Of a stretch of 20,000 nt of DNA, positions 1-10,204 are shown piece by piece. How positions within the stretch are numbered: the stretch's first letter is position 1; every line of letters starts with the position of its first letter. Location: NCBI RefSeq assembly GCF_004010195.1, contig NC_057718.1, positions 54,633,493-54,653,492 of the forward strand, written 5' to 3'. The translations under genes were made by a program, and so were the position numbers. The DNA is from Chiloscyllium plagiosum (lineage: Eukaryota). Under the pieces are notes generated by a model. The model ran no database searches and had not been told where the DNA came from. It worked only from the letters and a program-made list of their open reading frames with translations.

Positions 1-29
1 CTTCTGTGCTGTAATTATTCTATGACTCT
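1..29 (+). mobile_element. Extreme 3' tail of a CR1-type LINE/SINE
   Basis: cttctgtgctgtaattattctatgactct resembles the ...ctgtgctgta...ttctatga CR1 3' terminus; only 29 bp visible. Confidence 0.45.
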
Positions 30-854
30 TTTTCCCATTTGTTAAGTTTCTGAACCATGCTAATCTGCTATGTTTTCCTCCCAAGATTCTGAAGATGCTG
101 TATCTACATTTGTAGAAACAACTTTTACCTCTTGTGCCACAAAAAGGTAACCTCAGAGTTTAGTTTACTTAATTTGATTGAAGTAGGAATTTGAAGCAAT
201 CACATTTTAAGGGTTTGGCAAAAATCACTGTCAATGAAACTAAGTCCAAATCAGTGGCCAGGGTTTCCCCAGTATTCAACAGATTCTCTGTTTCTGAGGC
301 CAAGACCATATCCTCTGCACATTTTGAGGTTTTGCTGAATAATGACAGTCTTCTCACAATTGACTTTATTATGTGTAATCTTAGATCACAACTACTGTCA
401 TCTCAAAAAGACACGTTTGCTGAAATCTGATTCCCATTGACAAATACAAGTTAAGCAGCTCTCTTGATACTGCAGTGATACAATTTGTTTGGGTTGATTG
501 AAATTTGACTAATTTTATTACGAATTAGCAAACAATGAATGAAAAATGTCAAGATTCATTTGGTTTTAAAACCACACTGTTGACTTTCTGGTCATGTTTC
601 TAAAAATTCAGGAGTACCAATCTTTCAAACAGAAAAGCTAAACTGTTGTAGGAACACTCACTTACACAGAAGGAACCTCAAATATCCTGCATTTGATTAA
701 CCTAATTTCGGATTATCTGAACAAAATCACAAATTCCAGATGCTTGACTAACTATGTTATCCAGCATTCAATTAACCAAACAACAATAAGTTGTCACATT
801 CTATCTTTTGGGGTTGAAGAAAGACATGTTCAATATGACCCTGAATTCCATTAT

Positions 855-1048
855 TTAAATTCACCTGAGTAGTGAAACAGGAAGACATCTGTATTTAACA
901 TCTGACTTGAAGAATCACAGCTCAACATTACAGCATTCTCCCACCACTGCTGCATGAGAATTAGCCTAAAATTATACACTCAAGTTCTGAACTAGACTTG
1001 AATTTTCCAATTCATAAATAAGTGCTCCTAATTAGACCAAGCTGACAA
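855..1048 (-). mobile_element. Degenerate Deu-domain SINE (SacSINE1/AmnSINE1-like) 5' part
   Basis: Ordered motifs ttaaattcacctgag...tttaacatct...cagcattctcc...actgc...agcctaaaatt...ctcaagt...gacttgaa...gtgct...agctgac match the reverse complement of the tRNA head plus Deu domain consensus as I recall it. Confidence 0.6.
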
Positions 1049-1178
1049 ACGAAGCATGGTTTTCAAATTAAAAGGTTACAACATAATGCATTTTATCGCA
1101 GGGGTGAATATAAAAACTACTGTTGCGACTCAGACTAAAATTTATCACCATTTTCCTCTGTAATCTAATTATGCTTAC

Positions 1179-1334
1179 CTCTAACTGTTCATCTTCCAAG
1201 AGTTTTATAACCAGCCATCTCACATCTTTGACTGCCTGTTCATTGTCCAAAAAAACAAACAAATTGTAGAATACCATGGTTTGAAGGTAGGTTAGGACAG
1301 TGTACTTTGTATGCCAAGAACTGCTCTCTGATAT
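1179..1334 (-). CDS. PSME4: PSME4/PA200 coding exon (last in window, 156 bp)
   Basis: tttgcacag|ATA TCA...TTA GAG|gtaagc; translates [52 protein letters not shown]. Lies within ORF 1068..1448. The next exon expected (VREMAATT...) is not seen in 1-1178. Confidence 0.97.
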
Positions 1335-1837
1335 CTGTGCAAATGAAAACAAATAATTCAAAATGATAACTGATAATAGAATTCTGCAGGTTAAAAAGTG
1401 GCAACCAAAATACAAAAGTAAATTAAATAAAAGTAAGTTACAGTACAATAGTTCTCAAATATCCTACAATGTGACATTTTATACACAATCAGTGCTTTCC
1501 ACAGTAATCCAGTAACTACTAATAGTGCTCCCATAAGTCAGTTCTGTAGTTATCACATCCAGTTGTGAACAGTAGTGGGCAATTAAGTACTTAACAGGAG
1601 AAGACTCCTAAATATCCTCAATGTTGAAGCTGGATAAAGTTTTAAATTATTTGGAAGTGGCCACTGAATTCTAACTGCAACCTCAATGATATTTTTACCA
1701 GTTTGCTCTATTCTCAGCCCATAATAGATAGAATTCCAATTCATCTTAAACAAATGCAGATGAATACTTTGTCTAACTGTCAAAGATTTGACTCTGAACC
1801 TTTAGATATTTACTCTTTAGCTTTTAAATACATGCAA

Positions 1838-2033
1838 GGGGAGGTGATGATGTAGTGGTTGTATAATTGAACTGGTAATCCAGAGGCCCAGACTAGTACT
1901 TTGGAAACAAATCAAAAGATATCATAGCAGTTCGTGGAATTTGAATTCAGTTAACAAAGCTGTTATAAAGCTAGTGGCTGTGATGGTGACCATGAAACCA
2001 ATCATCAATTATTGTAAATTACATCTGGTTCAC
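1838..2033 (+). mobile_element. tRNA-like 5' head fragment, same family as the 5' end of the LINE at 10205-12366
   Basis: ggggaggtgatgatgtagtggt (A-box-like)...ggtaatccaga...ggaatttgaattc...gtgaccatgaaac...catctggttcac; collinear with the reverse complement of 12195-12366. Confidence 0.65.
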
Positions 2034-3720
2034 CTCGCAAATATCTAAATTAAACTCTACCTGTCATTCCTCAGTCCACTGGCCCAGCTGATAAGATCCT
2101 GCTGCATTTTCACTTAACAAATCCGTCTCAGCTTTCCTTAGTTAATTTGCATTTACCAAAGTGATAAGTTTGTCCCAAATTATTATTTCTAAAAATTTCC
2201 CCACTACCACAATAAAACTGATTGGCACGAAGTTTGTTTGCTACTTGCATTGGTAGCAATGGGCAGGGAGAAACTAGACATTGCATTCTCTTTGGCCTTT
2301 ATTGAGTCATATTAAATTTCATGGCAGAGAAAGATATCACAAGTAGTAAAGGATCTGAAGAATAACTCAGAGTTGCTAGAACATGCAAATTAAAGTGAGA
2401 CTTGCAAAAGCAGGGCTATCTGCATGAGGGTATTCTGAAAGTAATGTGTGTCAAAGATGGTTTTAAAAATAGTGGGGATAAAGAAAAAAGCAATGAGAGA
2501 AATGCATTTTAAATATTAATTTTAGAAGTAGCAGGAAAAGTCAAGAAAGTTAGGGCCAATCAAATTTAAAAAAAAACTTTGAGGGTAGAGAAAATGTTCC
2601 TTAAAACAGTGCGGCTATTTGAACCAAAGAATACGAGAAGGAGGAGTGGAAATAATTAAACTGGATAGCCATAAATAAGAAAAAGGCTCCAACAAAATGC
2701 ATTAAGAGTGTTGCCCAAGAATGTTATTTCATGGCAGATACTGCATTTATTGTCTAAGTGGAAAATCACATGGTGCGGTACAAAAAAAACACTTCTCAAA
2801 GCAAGTACTGCTTTTGCACTAAAACAATCAGCCCTAGGTTTCTAGCTACTAGAGCTTTTGCTTCAAACAAAATGTTTCTAACAAATAGTTATTTAAGAAA
2901 CAACAGTATATTTCTAAAAGAAATGCAGGACATGTTTTAATACAGGGCTTAATAAAGAACTAAATTAGCTAGTTTTCAAACAGAACTATTGCACGCAGTG
3001 TTATACAGAACATTATATTATATGTGAGGATTTAACTGAAGGTCAAATTATATAAGTAGAGATTGTGATTTTTTTTAACTGCAGAAATGTGAATAGTGAT
3101 AACCTTACCAATTAATGTTAAGACTATCGCATCATATTATTCTGACACCAACAATTAAACATATTATAAAATGCTGAGGGAAAGAAGAATACTTTAATCA
3201 GAGATATAGTAAACATTGATTGGTTTGCAAAGACCATAGACATAACTGGTTAATCTTTCGTGTCACTGATGTCCTTCGTACTAGTTCGTTAGTTCAAGTC
3301 AATTTATCCTATACCATTTAAAATAGTGACAGATGTACAGGCCAAGAAAATAGCACTACTTTTGACTAACCCACACAGCCAAGAGGACAAAGGTGGAATG
3401 TGCCAAAGGCAAATCAGTGTTGCTGGAACAGCCCCTTAACTAAAAGTGTTGTGAGAAGTTGTTCATCACACAGTCAGAAGTTGAAGAATGTGACTCAATA
3501 ACACCTACAAATGCAGCTAGGAAAGAACGCTGGACATGCAAGCCACAAACATTCCAAAAAAATAAACCTGATTAAAATGGTTCTCAAAAGCTAGTTTCAA
3601 TGAAGAATGCCTTATGTATTCTGGCATTTTCCTTAGTTTGTCCTGAACATTGAAGTTTCCTTCCTACATTCCTTAGTAAAATATATATTTACAATAGAGA
3701 TATTAAAATATATAATTTAC

Positions 3721-3849
3721 CTGTTTTATAACATCTAGCACCATGATCACTTGTTCAGGATACAGCAATCCCTGAGACATAAGTGATAAACACATTTTTG
3801 CATCCCTTTTAAGTTCATCATAGTTCTCATCATTTTCCACAGGAGCAAT
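3721..3849 (-). CDS. PSME4: PSME4/PA200 coding exon (129 bp)
   Basis: cattttag|ATT GCT CCT...AAA CAG|gtaaat; translates [43 protein letters not shown]. Confidence 0.97.
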
Positions 3850-4181
3850 CTAAAATGGATGAAACAGTTCAGAAACTAATTTAAATACTAAGTAAACATA
3901 ACTCAGAATGCCAACTGGACAGATTACTTTGGCAAGAAAAACGACGAAAATAAAACTGGTTCAAATGCAACCAAAGAACCAAGTTTAATCCAAATTAACA
4001 TGGACAGCAATGCTTTTTGAATTTTAAATAAATAATTCAAAAACAGTGATAGGAAATCAACCTTACAAGTGGCTATGTCCACTTTAAGCTTCAACCAATT
4101 CAGGCACCAAATATCAGACCAGAAACTAGAACTCTGGTGAAAGGGAAAGGACACCTAAATTTCAAGCCGAGGTCTAAATTT

Positions 4182-4508
4182 CATAGGAACCTACAGTGCA
4201 GATAGAGACTATTCAGCCCATCAAGTCTGTACTGAGCCTCCAAATAGCATTCCACTCGGATTCACATCCCCACCCTAAAATTCCACATTTACAATAATCC
4301 ACTTAGCTGCACACTATGGGCCAATTTAGAATGGCTAATACACATAACCTGCACATCTTTGGACTGTGGGAGAAAATTGAAGCACCCAGAGGAAACTCAC
4401 ACAGACAAGGAAAGAACATGTAAACACCGCACAGACAGTCACCCAAGGCTGGGACTGAATCCACATCCCTGGCATTGAGGGGCTAACCACTGTGCCACAA
4501 TGCCACCC
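4182..4508 (-). mobile_element. Older HE1/V-SINE copy
   Basis: The reverse complement starts gggtggcattgtggcacagtggttagc and contains the V-domain tttcctctgggtgcttcaattttctcccacagtccaaagatgtgcaggtta; homologous to 11760-12081. Flanked by an imperfect direct repeat gaggtcta(a/g)attt at 4169-4181 and 4520-4532. Confidence 0.88.
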
Positions 4509-4721
4509 TAATTTGTTCAGAGGTCTAGATTTATGTAATCAAGCTGGAAACGGCTCACTCCAAATAAAGTCAGCTAATTATGACAGGGTTTGAAGTATGT
4601 ATAATGATGAGTTGGTTCATTCATTCAGTTCTAGATTTTAACTACATTCGTTGGGGAAGTGTGATGTTTTGACTGGACAATACATTTTTCTCATATGCAA
4701 AAAAAGCAGGAAGGATCTTGA

Positions 4722-4815
4722 ATTTCAGTGGTAGTGTCCCTAACTCTAGGCCAGAAAGTCTTGGTTCAAGTCACACCTGTCCTGGAGATGTATCATAACA
4801 CATCCAAACAGGGAT
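4722..4815 (+). mobile_element. Short tRNA-derived SINE head/fragment
   Basis: cagtggtagtgtccctaactct...ggttcaagtcacacc gives A-box-like and B-box-like motifs at tRNA-like spacing. Confidence 0.55.
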
Positions 4816-5003
4816 AATTAAAAATAATTGAGAGGAAAAAAGCTATTAGTGCAGCAAGACTTTTTTGGCAACACAGACATGAAACCAAATATATTCCAAA
4901 CTAAATATGATTGCTTCAGTATAATTAAGAAACAGGTTAAAACATGTGCTAATTTACTTTGCACAGTTTAGAAATTAATGTAAACATTACAGTCACAACA
5001 TAC

Positions 5004-5089
5004 CTTGAATAAAAGCGGCATGAGTTGGAGCTGCTCTGCAACTGCCGTAGAGAATGACCTTCCTGCGCTTGCCATTAACCATTTCAGCA
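5004..5089 (-). CDS. PSME4: PSME4/PA200 coding exon (86 bp)
   Basis: ctgcacag|TG CTG AAA...TTC AAG|gtatgt; translates (V)[28 protein letters not shown]. Phase 1 start, phase 0 end. Confidence 0.96.
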
Positions 5090-5239
5090 CTGTGCAGCAA
5101 AACAAACCATGCAGTTGATTGAGAGATCAGAATCTTGACTATATTCACTGAATTTTAATTTTATGTTCCAGGAAGTAAAGGAAAAACCACAGTTCGTTTC
5201 AAAAAAGCTAGTCCTTTTAAATACCCAGAATTTGTTATG

Positions 5240-5375
5240 CAAGGGAATCAAAGGGTATCCGGGGTAGATGAGAACTTGGAATTCAAAATAGAAATGGATC
5301 AACAATGATCTTATTGAATAGCTGAGTAGGTTCGAGGGGCTAAATGGCCTACTTCTATTTCTCATTTGTATTCCT
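5240..5375 (+). mobile_element. CR1-type LINE 3' end fragment
   Basis: aagggaatcaaagggtat...gatcaacaatgatcttattgaat...ttcgaggggctaaatggcctacttct is the typical CR1 3' UTR; it is related to the reverse complement of 19632-19760. Confidence 0.7.
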
Positions 5376-5509
5376 TAAAGCTGCCTTTTTAACATTATTT
5401 TCCATTCTGGTCTTATTAATGCTTACTTTTGCTTCATGTGTTTTTCCAATTTCGCTTCCTCCTTTTCTATTTTCCTTCAATCTTGCCACCTCCTTAGGTT
5501 TCCATGCCT

Positions 5510-5640
5510 CTGCCAGACTAGGTTAAACCCTCCCAACAGTAGCAGCAAACATCGCCACAAGGATATTAGATCCCAAAGACACAACCTACTCACACTGTAT
5601 GAATCCCAGCTGTCCCAGAGCCTCAGAAATCTGATGCCCT
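5510..5640 (-). mobile_element. CR1 ORF1 3' end fragment
   Basis: ctaggttaaaccctcccaacag is the reverse complement of a motif like ctgttggggagggattaaacta at 19255-19276 (end of CR1 ORF1). Confidence 0.55.
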
Positions 5641-5693
5641 GACATCTACAGAAAATTAATACAATATTTTCATGAGCTAATTTGACTGCCTAC

Positions 5694-5902
5694 CTGTTTT
5701 CAGAAGTTTAATGGCTTGTGTCCTTTCATCCTGCTCCCCAAAACCATTTTCTTCAACAACGTGATTTTGAATTTCTTCGTCAATTTCTGTAAGAGGCTTA
5801 AGTTGCTCTAAGATACGACTGGTGAATTCAGATACGTGTGGTGACAGAGTTGGATTTGAATTTGGTAGAGTGATGTCTATCATGAATAAATACGTTAAAA
5901 CG
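5694..5902 (-). CDS. PSME4: PSME4/PA200 coding exon (209 bp)
   Basis: ctccacag|C GTT TTA...AAA ACA G|gtaggc; translates (S)[69 protein letters not shown](V). Lies within ORF 5677..5946. Confidence 0.97.
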
Positions 5903-6039
5903 CTGTGGAGAGAACATTTGAGAAGTAACATGAAATAGGATGTCATAAGTTATATTGTAACATGTTAAGTTTTTATCATGAAACATACTTAATAATTTTG
6001 AGGATTGTGGAATTGCTATTGAAGAGTGTGCAGGATGTT

Positions 6040-6106
6040 CTACCCTAAAAGGATGCTAGTGAACCAGATTAGTTTTTACAACAATGATAGATATCATGGT
6101 TGTCGC
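6040..6106 (-). mobile_element. Small fragment of the tRNA-headed LINE 5' region
   Basis: ctaccctaaaaggatgctagtgaaccagattagtttt resembles ctaccttgaaggacatttgtgaaccaggtggactttt at 12176-12212. Confidence 0.5.
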
Positions 6107-8024
6107 CAAAAAAAAATATTATAGCAACAAGCTCCTGCACTCCCTGGCCCAAACCCTTGACTTGCCCACAGTTTTCTCATTAATTTCAACCTGCTTTTAA
6201 TAATCCTTTCTAAAATGCAAAAATCATTACCCTTTGCTAGGACAATAATGTACAACTATCATCTCACTGTCTAATTATAGGGAACAGCACATACATAAGT
6301 CCGTTTTTGCTCAGGAATTGGTTTAATAACTTCAGTTGTAGATTAGGGGTTATCAGCAATGCATTACACAAGTGACATCTTTTGAACTGGTCCTGTCAGA
6401 CCAATGATTCCAGTTACAGGCACTCCCTTGTCCTGTCTTGGTCCAGTACACATCTCCTTTACACATTTTAAGACAGACACCTCGTCCACATTCCAATGGA
6501 ACAAAACTGGCTCATCTTGCTATTCTTTTATTTTAATTTTCAGTTCAAAAAGTTTAATAGCAAGGCTGTTGCAAAGAACATTTGTGTTTTTACTATACTA
6601 GATCAAGTATCTTGGAATCCTTGGCTCCAAAATGTCCCCCAAGTCAAAGATACCTCTATCTCCTCCCTGCACCCAGCTGTAGTAGCTTGCAAAACCAAGT
6701 AGCTGTTTATTTCTGCTAACCACAGAACTACCATTTGTTCATAATACCCACTAACTTTCCTGGAAATCTGTATCCGATTTAAAAATTGGCTCACTATGCT
6801 CTCTTCACATTGCAAAATGAAACATATTAACTTTGCATTCAGGTAGAAATTTTAATTAGCTATTCTTGACCCCATCCATTTCCCTTTCATCTAATGGACA
6901 ATTTACAACCCAATACTTGAAACACCTCTCTGGAATATTGTGAAACTTGGAGTCTACTCATGGTAAAGTTACACTGCTGCATTCTTTCCAAGTGTAAATG
7001 CCTCACACCCAACTCCCCATAAAACACTCCAAATATTCCAATGATCGCTCCAATCAAACCACCCAGGAGTGCTGTCCAGCATTAGAACAAGTCAAGTGAT
7101 TCCATTCATTTACTCTAAATTTAAAGACAAAGTCCCAAAATAATCGAATGAACCTAATTAAATTAGACTCCCTAAAGTCAAAGATATCCTGTAATTAAAC
7201 AGTGTTGACAACAAATAAATACTTTTTAAGCACATGAGCTAGGAAAAACAGAACGCTCCCCCACATAGCATTTTCAAACAAATCTTAAGCTGATCAGAAT
7301 CTCTCCGTCCATCAGTGATAAACTGGCTGACTGTGTTGCTCACCTATCTTCACCAACCCATGACCACCTACTGTCCCCAAGAATCCCCAGTTCTGTCTTC
7401 TTATCAATGGTTTTCCTGTCAGCAGCTAACCAGCCTGTTACTTCAATCAGCTGCTGGGCAGGAAGTAAAATAAATATTATTGTACTACTAAATTGAAAAG
7501 GATCTCTATAGGCCGACTTGCCAATCTTTTTGCTGTCCAGACCTTACTCTAAGTCTTTTTAAAATACTGGGGCATGTTCTCTGAATTACTTTAGACCTCT
7601 GACTTGTTAATTTAGTCACATAGTTAATACCACACCTTATTCCAGAATGAGCATGGAAACAAGAAGGACCGTGATACATTTAATTCAGTATGAGCTATAT
7701 GAAGATATTATTAGGTTTTTCAGTTCGTTGTGACCATGGACATCTACAATTTAATTCAAATCATGATGGTCAAATAAATATTAAACATTTGTACTGCAAT
7801 ACAAAATGGAAAATAAGCAATTTGCTCTAAAATACCATCCCAAATTATGACTGATATACTCTTGGCCATGTGTTTTAACAGCAGTACTCACAATAAATCT
7901 TGAACTTGTGCAATTCAATACTTAAATTCAGATGTACAAAAACATCAAATCCACATGTGCATACATTTCATAAGAATAAGAAATCCTAATATTTTAAAAT
8001 CTTATTCAAATCTCGAACTCTCAC

Positions 8025-8156
8025 CTTCCGATCCTTTCTCGCACGTTTTTATAAACTTGCGTGAGTTTCGGCTCAAGATATTGAAGGAGCCTATGCATTA
8101 GTTCAGGCACTCTCCATTCTTGCTGCGCCAAACCACCCTGCAAAACGTACAGTCGG
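8025..8156 (-). CDS. PSME4: PSME4/PA200 coding exon (132 bp)
   Basis: ttgctag|C CGA CTG...GGA AG|gtgaga; translates (C)[43 protein letters not shown](S). Phases 2/2 are compatible with both neighbouring exons. Confidence 0.97.
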
Positions 8157-8379
8157 CTAGCAATAGAACACAAAGAATGGGATTTTGTAAATTAAGGTTT
8201 TCATTCCTTACAGATATAGATCATTACATTCACAATTTTCTTTTTAATGGTCACATATTACAGCCATTAAGTTTGTTATTCCTTTATTGGCGTTAATTTT
8301 TCACATTGTGATAGTATCAATATTGAAGGAAGCTAACTGGCCTACTGCATGCGCACATATATTTTGAATGAGTACCATT

Positions 8380-8495
8380 ACCTTGCTTATTCCCCATAAA
8401 AATGTAAATGTCTCCTTTTCCAAGTATATATCCAATTTTCTTTCGTAAAGTCACTTGAATCTGCTTCCAACACGTTTTCAGGCAATGAATTGCAC
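8380..8495 (-). mobile_element. Degenerate CR1 3' fragment
   Basis: tatccaattt...tgaatctgcttccaacac...caggcaatgaattgcac resembles 14900-14965 and 19790-19850. Confidence 0.55.
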
Positions 8496-8552
8496 ATGAT
8501 GGAAAATATTAATCTGGATGCAGGTTTGCTCACTAAGCGGGTAGGTTCATTT

Positions 8553-8593
8553 TCAGACGTTTCATCACCATACTAGGTGACATCTTCAGTAAG
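8553..8593 (-). ncRNA. Minimal type I hammerhead ribozyme motif (PLE-type)
   Basis: Minus strand: tta-CTGAAGA-t-gtcacc-tagtat-ggtgat-GAAA-c-GTC-tga. Both conserved core boxes, a 6 bp stem II (one G-U pair), a short stem I and a GUC cleavage triplet are present. Activity is not demonstrated. Confidence 0.7.
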
Positions 8594-8837
8594 CCTCCAA
8601 ATGAAGCACCAGTAGTGTAGCCCGTTTTCTATGTTTGAGTTTCCTAAGGTTAGTGGTGTCATTGCTTGTGGTGACACCATTTTCCTATGGCGATATCATT
8701 TCCTGGGGGGGGGGGGGGGTGCAAATGGGATCCAAGTCAATGTGTTTGTTTACAGTAGCATGGCATTCCCACCGGAACTCTATCAACACATTAACTTGGA
8801 TTCTATTTACCATCCCCCTACCCCCTGGAGATAAAGA

Positions 8838-8889
8838 GGAAATGACATCACCATTGGAAATGGTGTCACCACAGGAAATGACATCACCA
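8838..8889 (+). repeat. Three copies of an 18 bp-period repeat ggaaatgacatcacca(nn) inside the PLE arm
   Basis: ggaaatgacatcacca tt ggaaatggtgtcacca ca ggaaatgacatcacca; mirrored in the left arm at ~8654-8703. Confidence 0.85.
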
Positions 8890-9189
8890 ACTCTAGGAAA
8901 CTCAAACGTAGAAATAGAAAGCGGACTGCACCACTGGTGCTTCATTTGGAGGCTCACTGAAGAGGTCACCTATTATAGTGACAAAATGTCTGAAAACAAA
9001 CCTTCCAGCTTAGCGAGCAAACCTACATCCAGAACCTCAACCTGAGCTGCAAATCTTCTCAAAATTACTTGGATCATGCTAATTCATTCTTTGGCCTCGG
9101 GTTACAAAAAACAGAATGAGGAAAGAAAAAAAAAGGAAATGCTTAGGGAGGGGAGGGTTGAGTATGGGAAGATAGGGACTTGATAACTT

Positions 9190-9353
9190 GATAGAACAGA
9201 CCATTTGGCCCTTAGATAAAATCATAGTTGATTTGAATACTGTTGCAACTCCAATTTACTGTCTCTTACCCAGAACATTTGACTCTCTTATCTATTAACA
9301 ATTTATTGAACCTCAAGTTCAGTCAACCAGCCTCAACCGTTTCTTGGAGAGAG
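9190..9353 (-). mobile_element. Degenerate CR1 3' fragment
   Basis: gaccatttggccc...caactccaattta...aatttat...ccagcctcaac is collinear with 19655-19830. Confidence 0.55.
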
Positions 9354-10204
9354 TAGTGGGTAAATGAAGGGGAAGGCTGGGTGATTGGAAAGGCAAGTAA
9401 ACACTGGGACACTGTCTCTTAAAAAGAGTTGAGCATGAGAACTTACCATGGTTGCGCTCTGATGGCTCTATCCAGTGTAGGAGGTTCAAGATCTGATCCT
9501 CAGCATGCCATCTAGCTACCAACATACTCAAAGCTTGGGAGATGTGAAAACAGAAATCCAGGTTTCCACTGGCATCTCCCGTTGCCAAGCATGCATGTGG
9601 TTGTTAGGCAAAAATAGAACAGAGTTTAGTGGTAACACTGCCAAGGGCAAATTTAAATGAATTTGCTCATGTTTCTAGGAAAGTTACCACAGGATGGGTG
9701 AAAATAACAAATGTTATTTGTATATATGTAAACTTTGCAAAGCAGCTGTATGAAGTAGAAAATGAAAGAAAAACCATCTTTCAAAAATAACCTACACTAT
9801 ATTTCTAGCCTGTTGTAAACAAAACTCAATTTCTGAAACTGAGATTTTAGCAGAGAACTCAAATGGCACAAACTATTACAGCATATAAGAACACTTGCTC
9901 CAAATTGTGCCAAGTCAGAGTCAGAATTGAACAGCAGAGGACCAAGGATTTGGGGGGTATAATGTGCTACTTAAGGGCTCCACAAAATGATTATCAAAAA
10001 TTAGTTTAGAACATTGAAATGTTATTTGACTACGTTTTCTAACAAGGCAGCGAACTGCTAGGAGTATTGAGGCATACAGTTGTTTTATTGCATCAGGAAC
10101 AATTGTGGTATGTTGATTAATACTGTGGTCCCAAAAATAAGTCTCCACTTTTTTCCTGGCAGGTCCTGTCTTTTTGAAGAGTGAGATTGTCGTACATTTC
10201 ACAA

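Larger units (their letters stand above)
8513..9064. mobile_element. Penelope-like element relic arranged as a long inverted repeat (pLTR foldback)
   Basis: Left arm 8513-~8751 is the reverse complement of right arm ~8782-9033. The centre encodes a PLE GIY-YIG C-terminal motif (AWHSHRNSIN on +, NKHIDLDPI on -). Each arm has a hammerhead-like motif. Confidence 0.88.

Noticed and set aside
169..430. ORFs 169..357 (-) and 191..430 (+) as a further PSME4 exon or small gene
   Set aside because: Neither matches the expected next PSME4 peptide (VREMAATTLSGLLQC...) or any family I recognise; likely chance ORFs.
8705..8719. G15 tract as a functional G-quadruplex
   Set aside because: It corresponds to the C-rich patch in the opposite arm; homopolymer slippage or sequencing error is a sufficient explanation.
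8838..8889. CRISPR-like short repeat array
   Set aside because: The 2 bp spacers, eukaryotic context and location inside a PLE make this a simple tandem repeat.
8954..8993. Second hammerhead on the plus strand
   Set aside because: The GAAA box is mutated to AAAA, so it is predicted inactive.
8635..9045. 136 aa ORF with hydrophobic N-terminus and EMTSP repeats
   Set aside because: It is a read-through of the Penelope foldback and its 18 bp repeats, not a gene.
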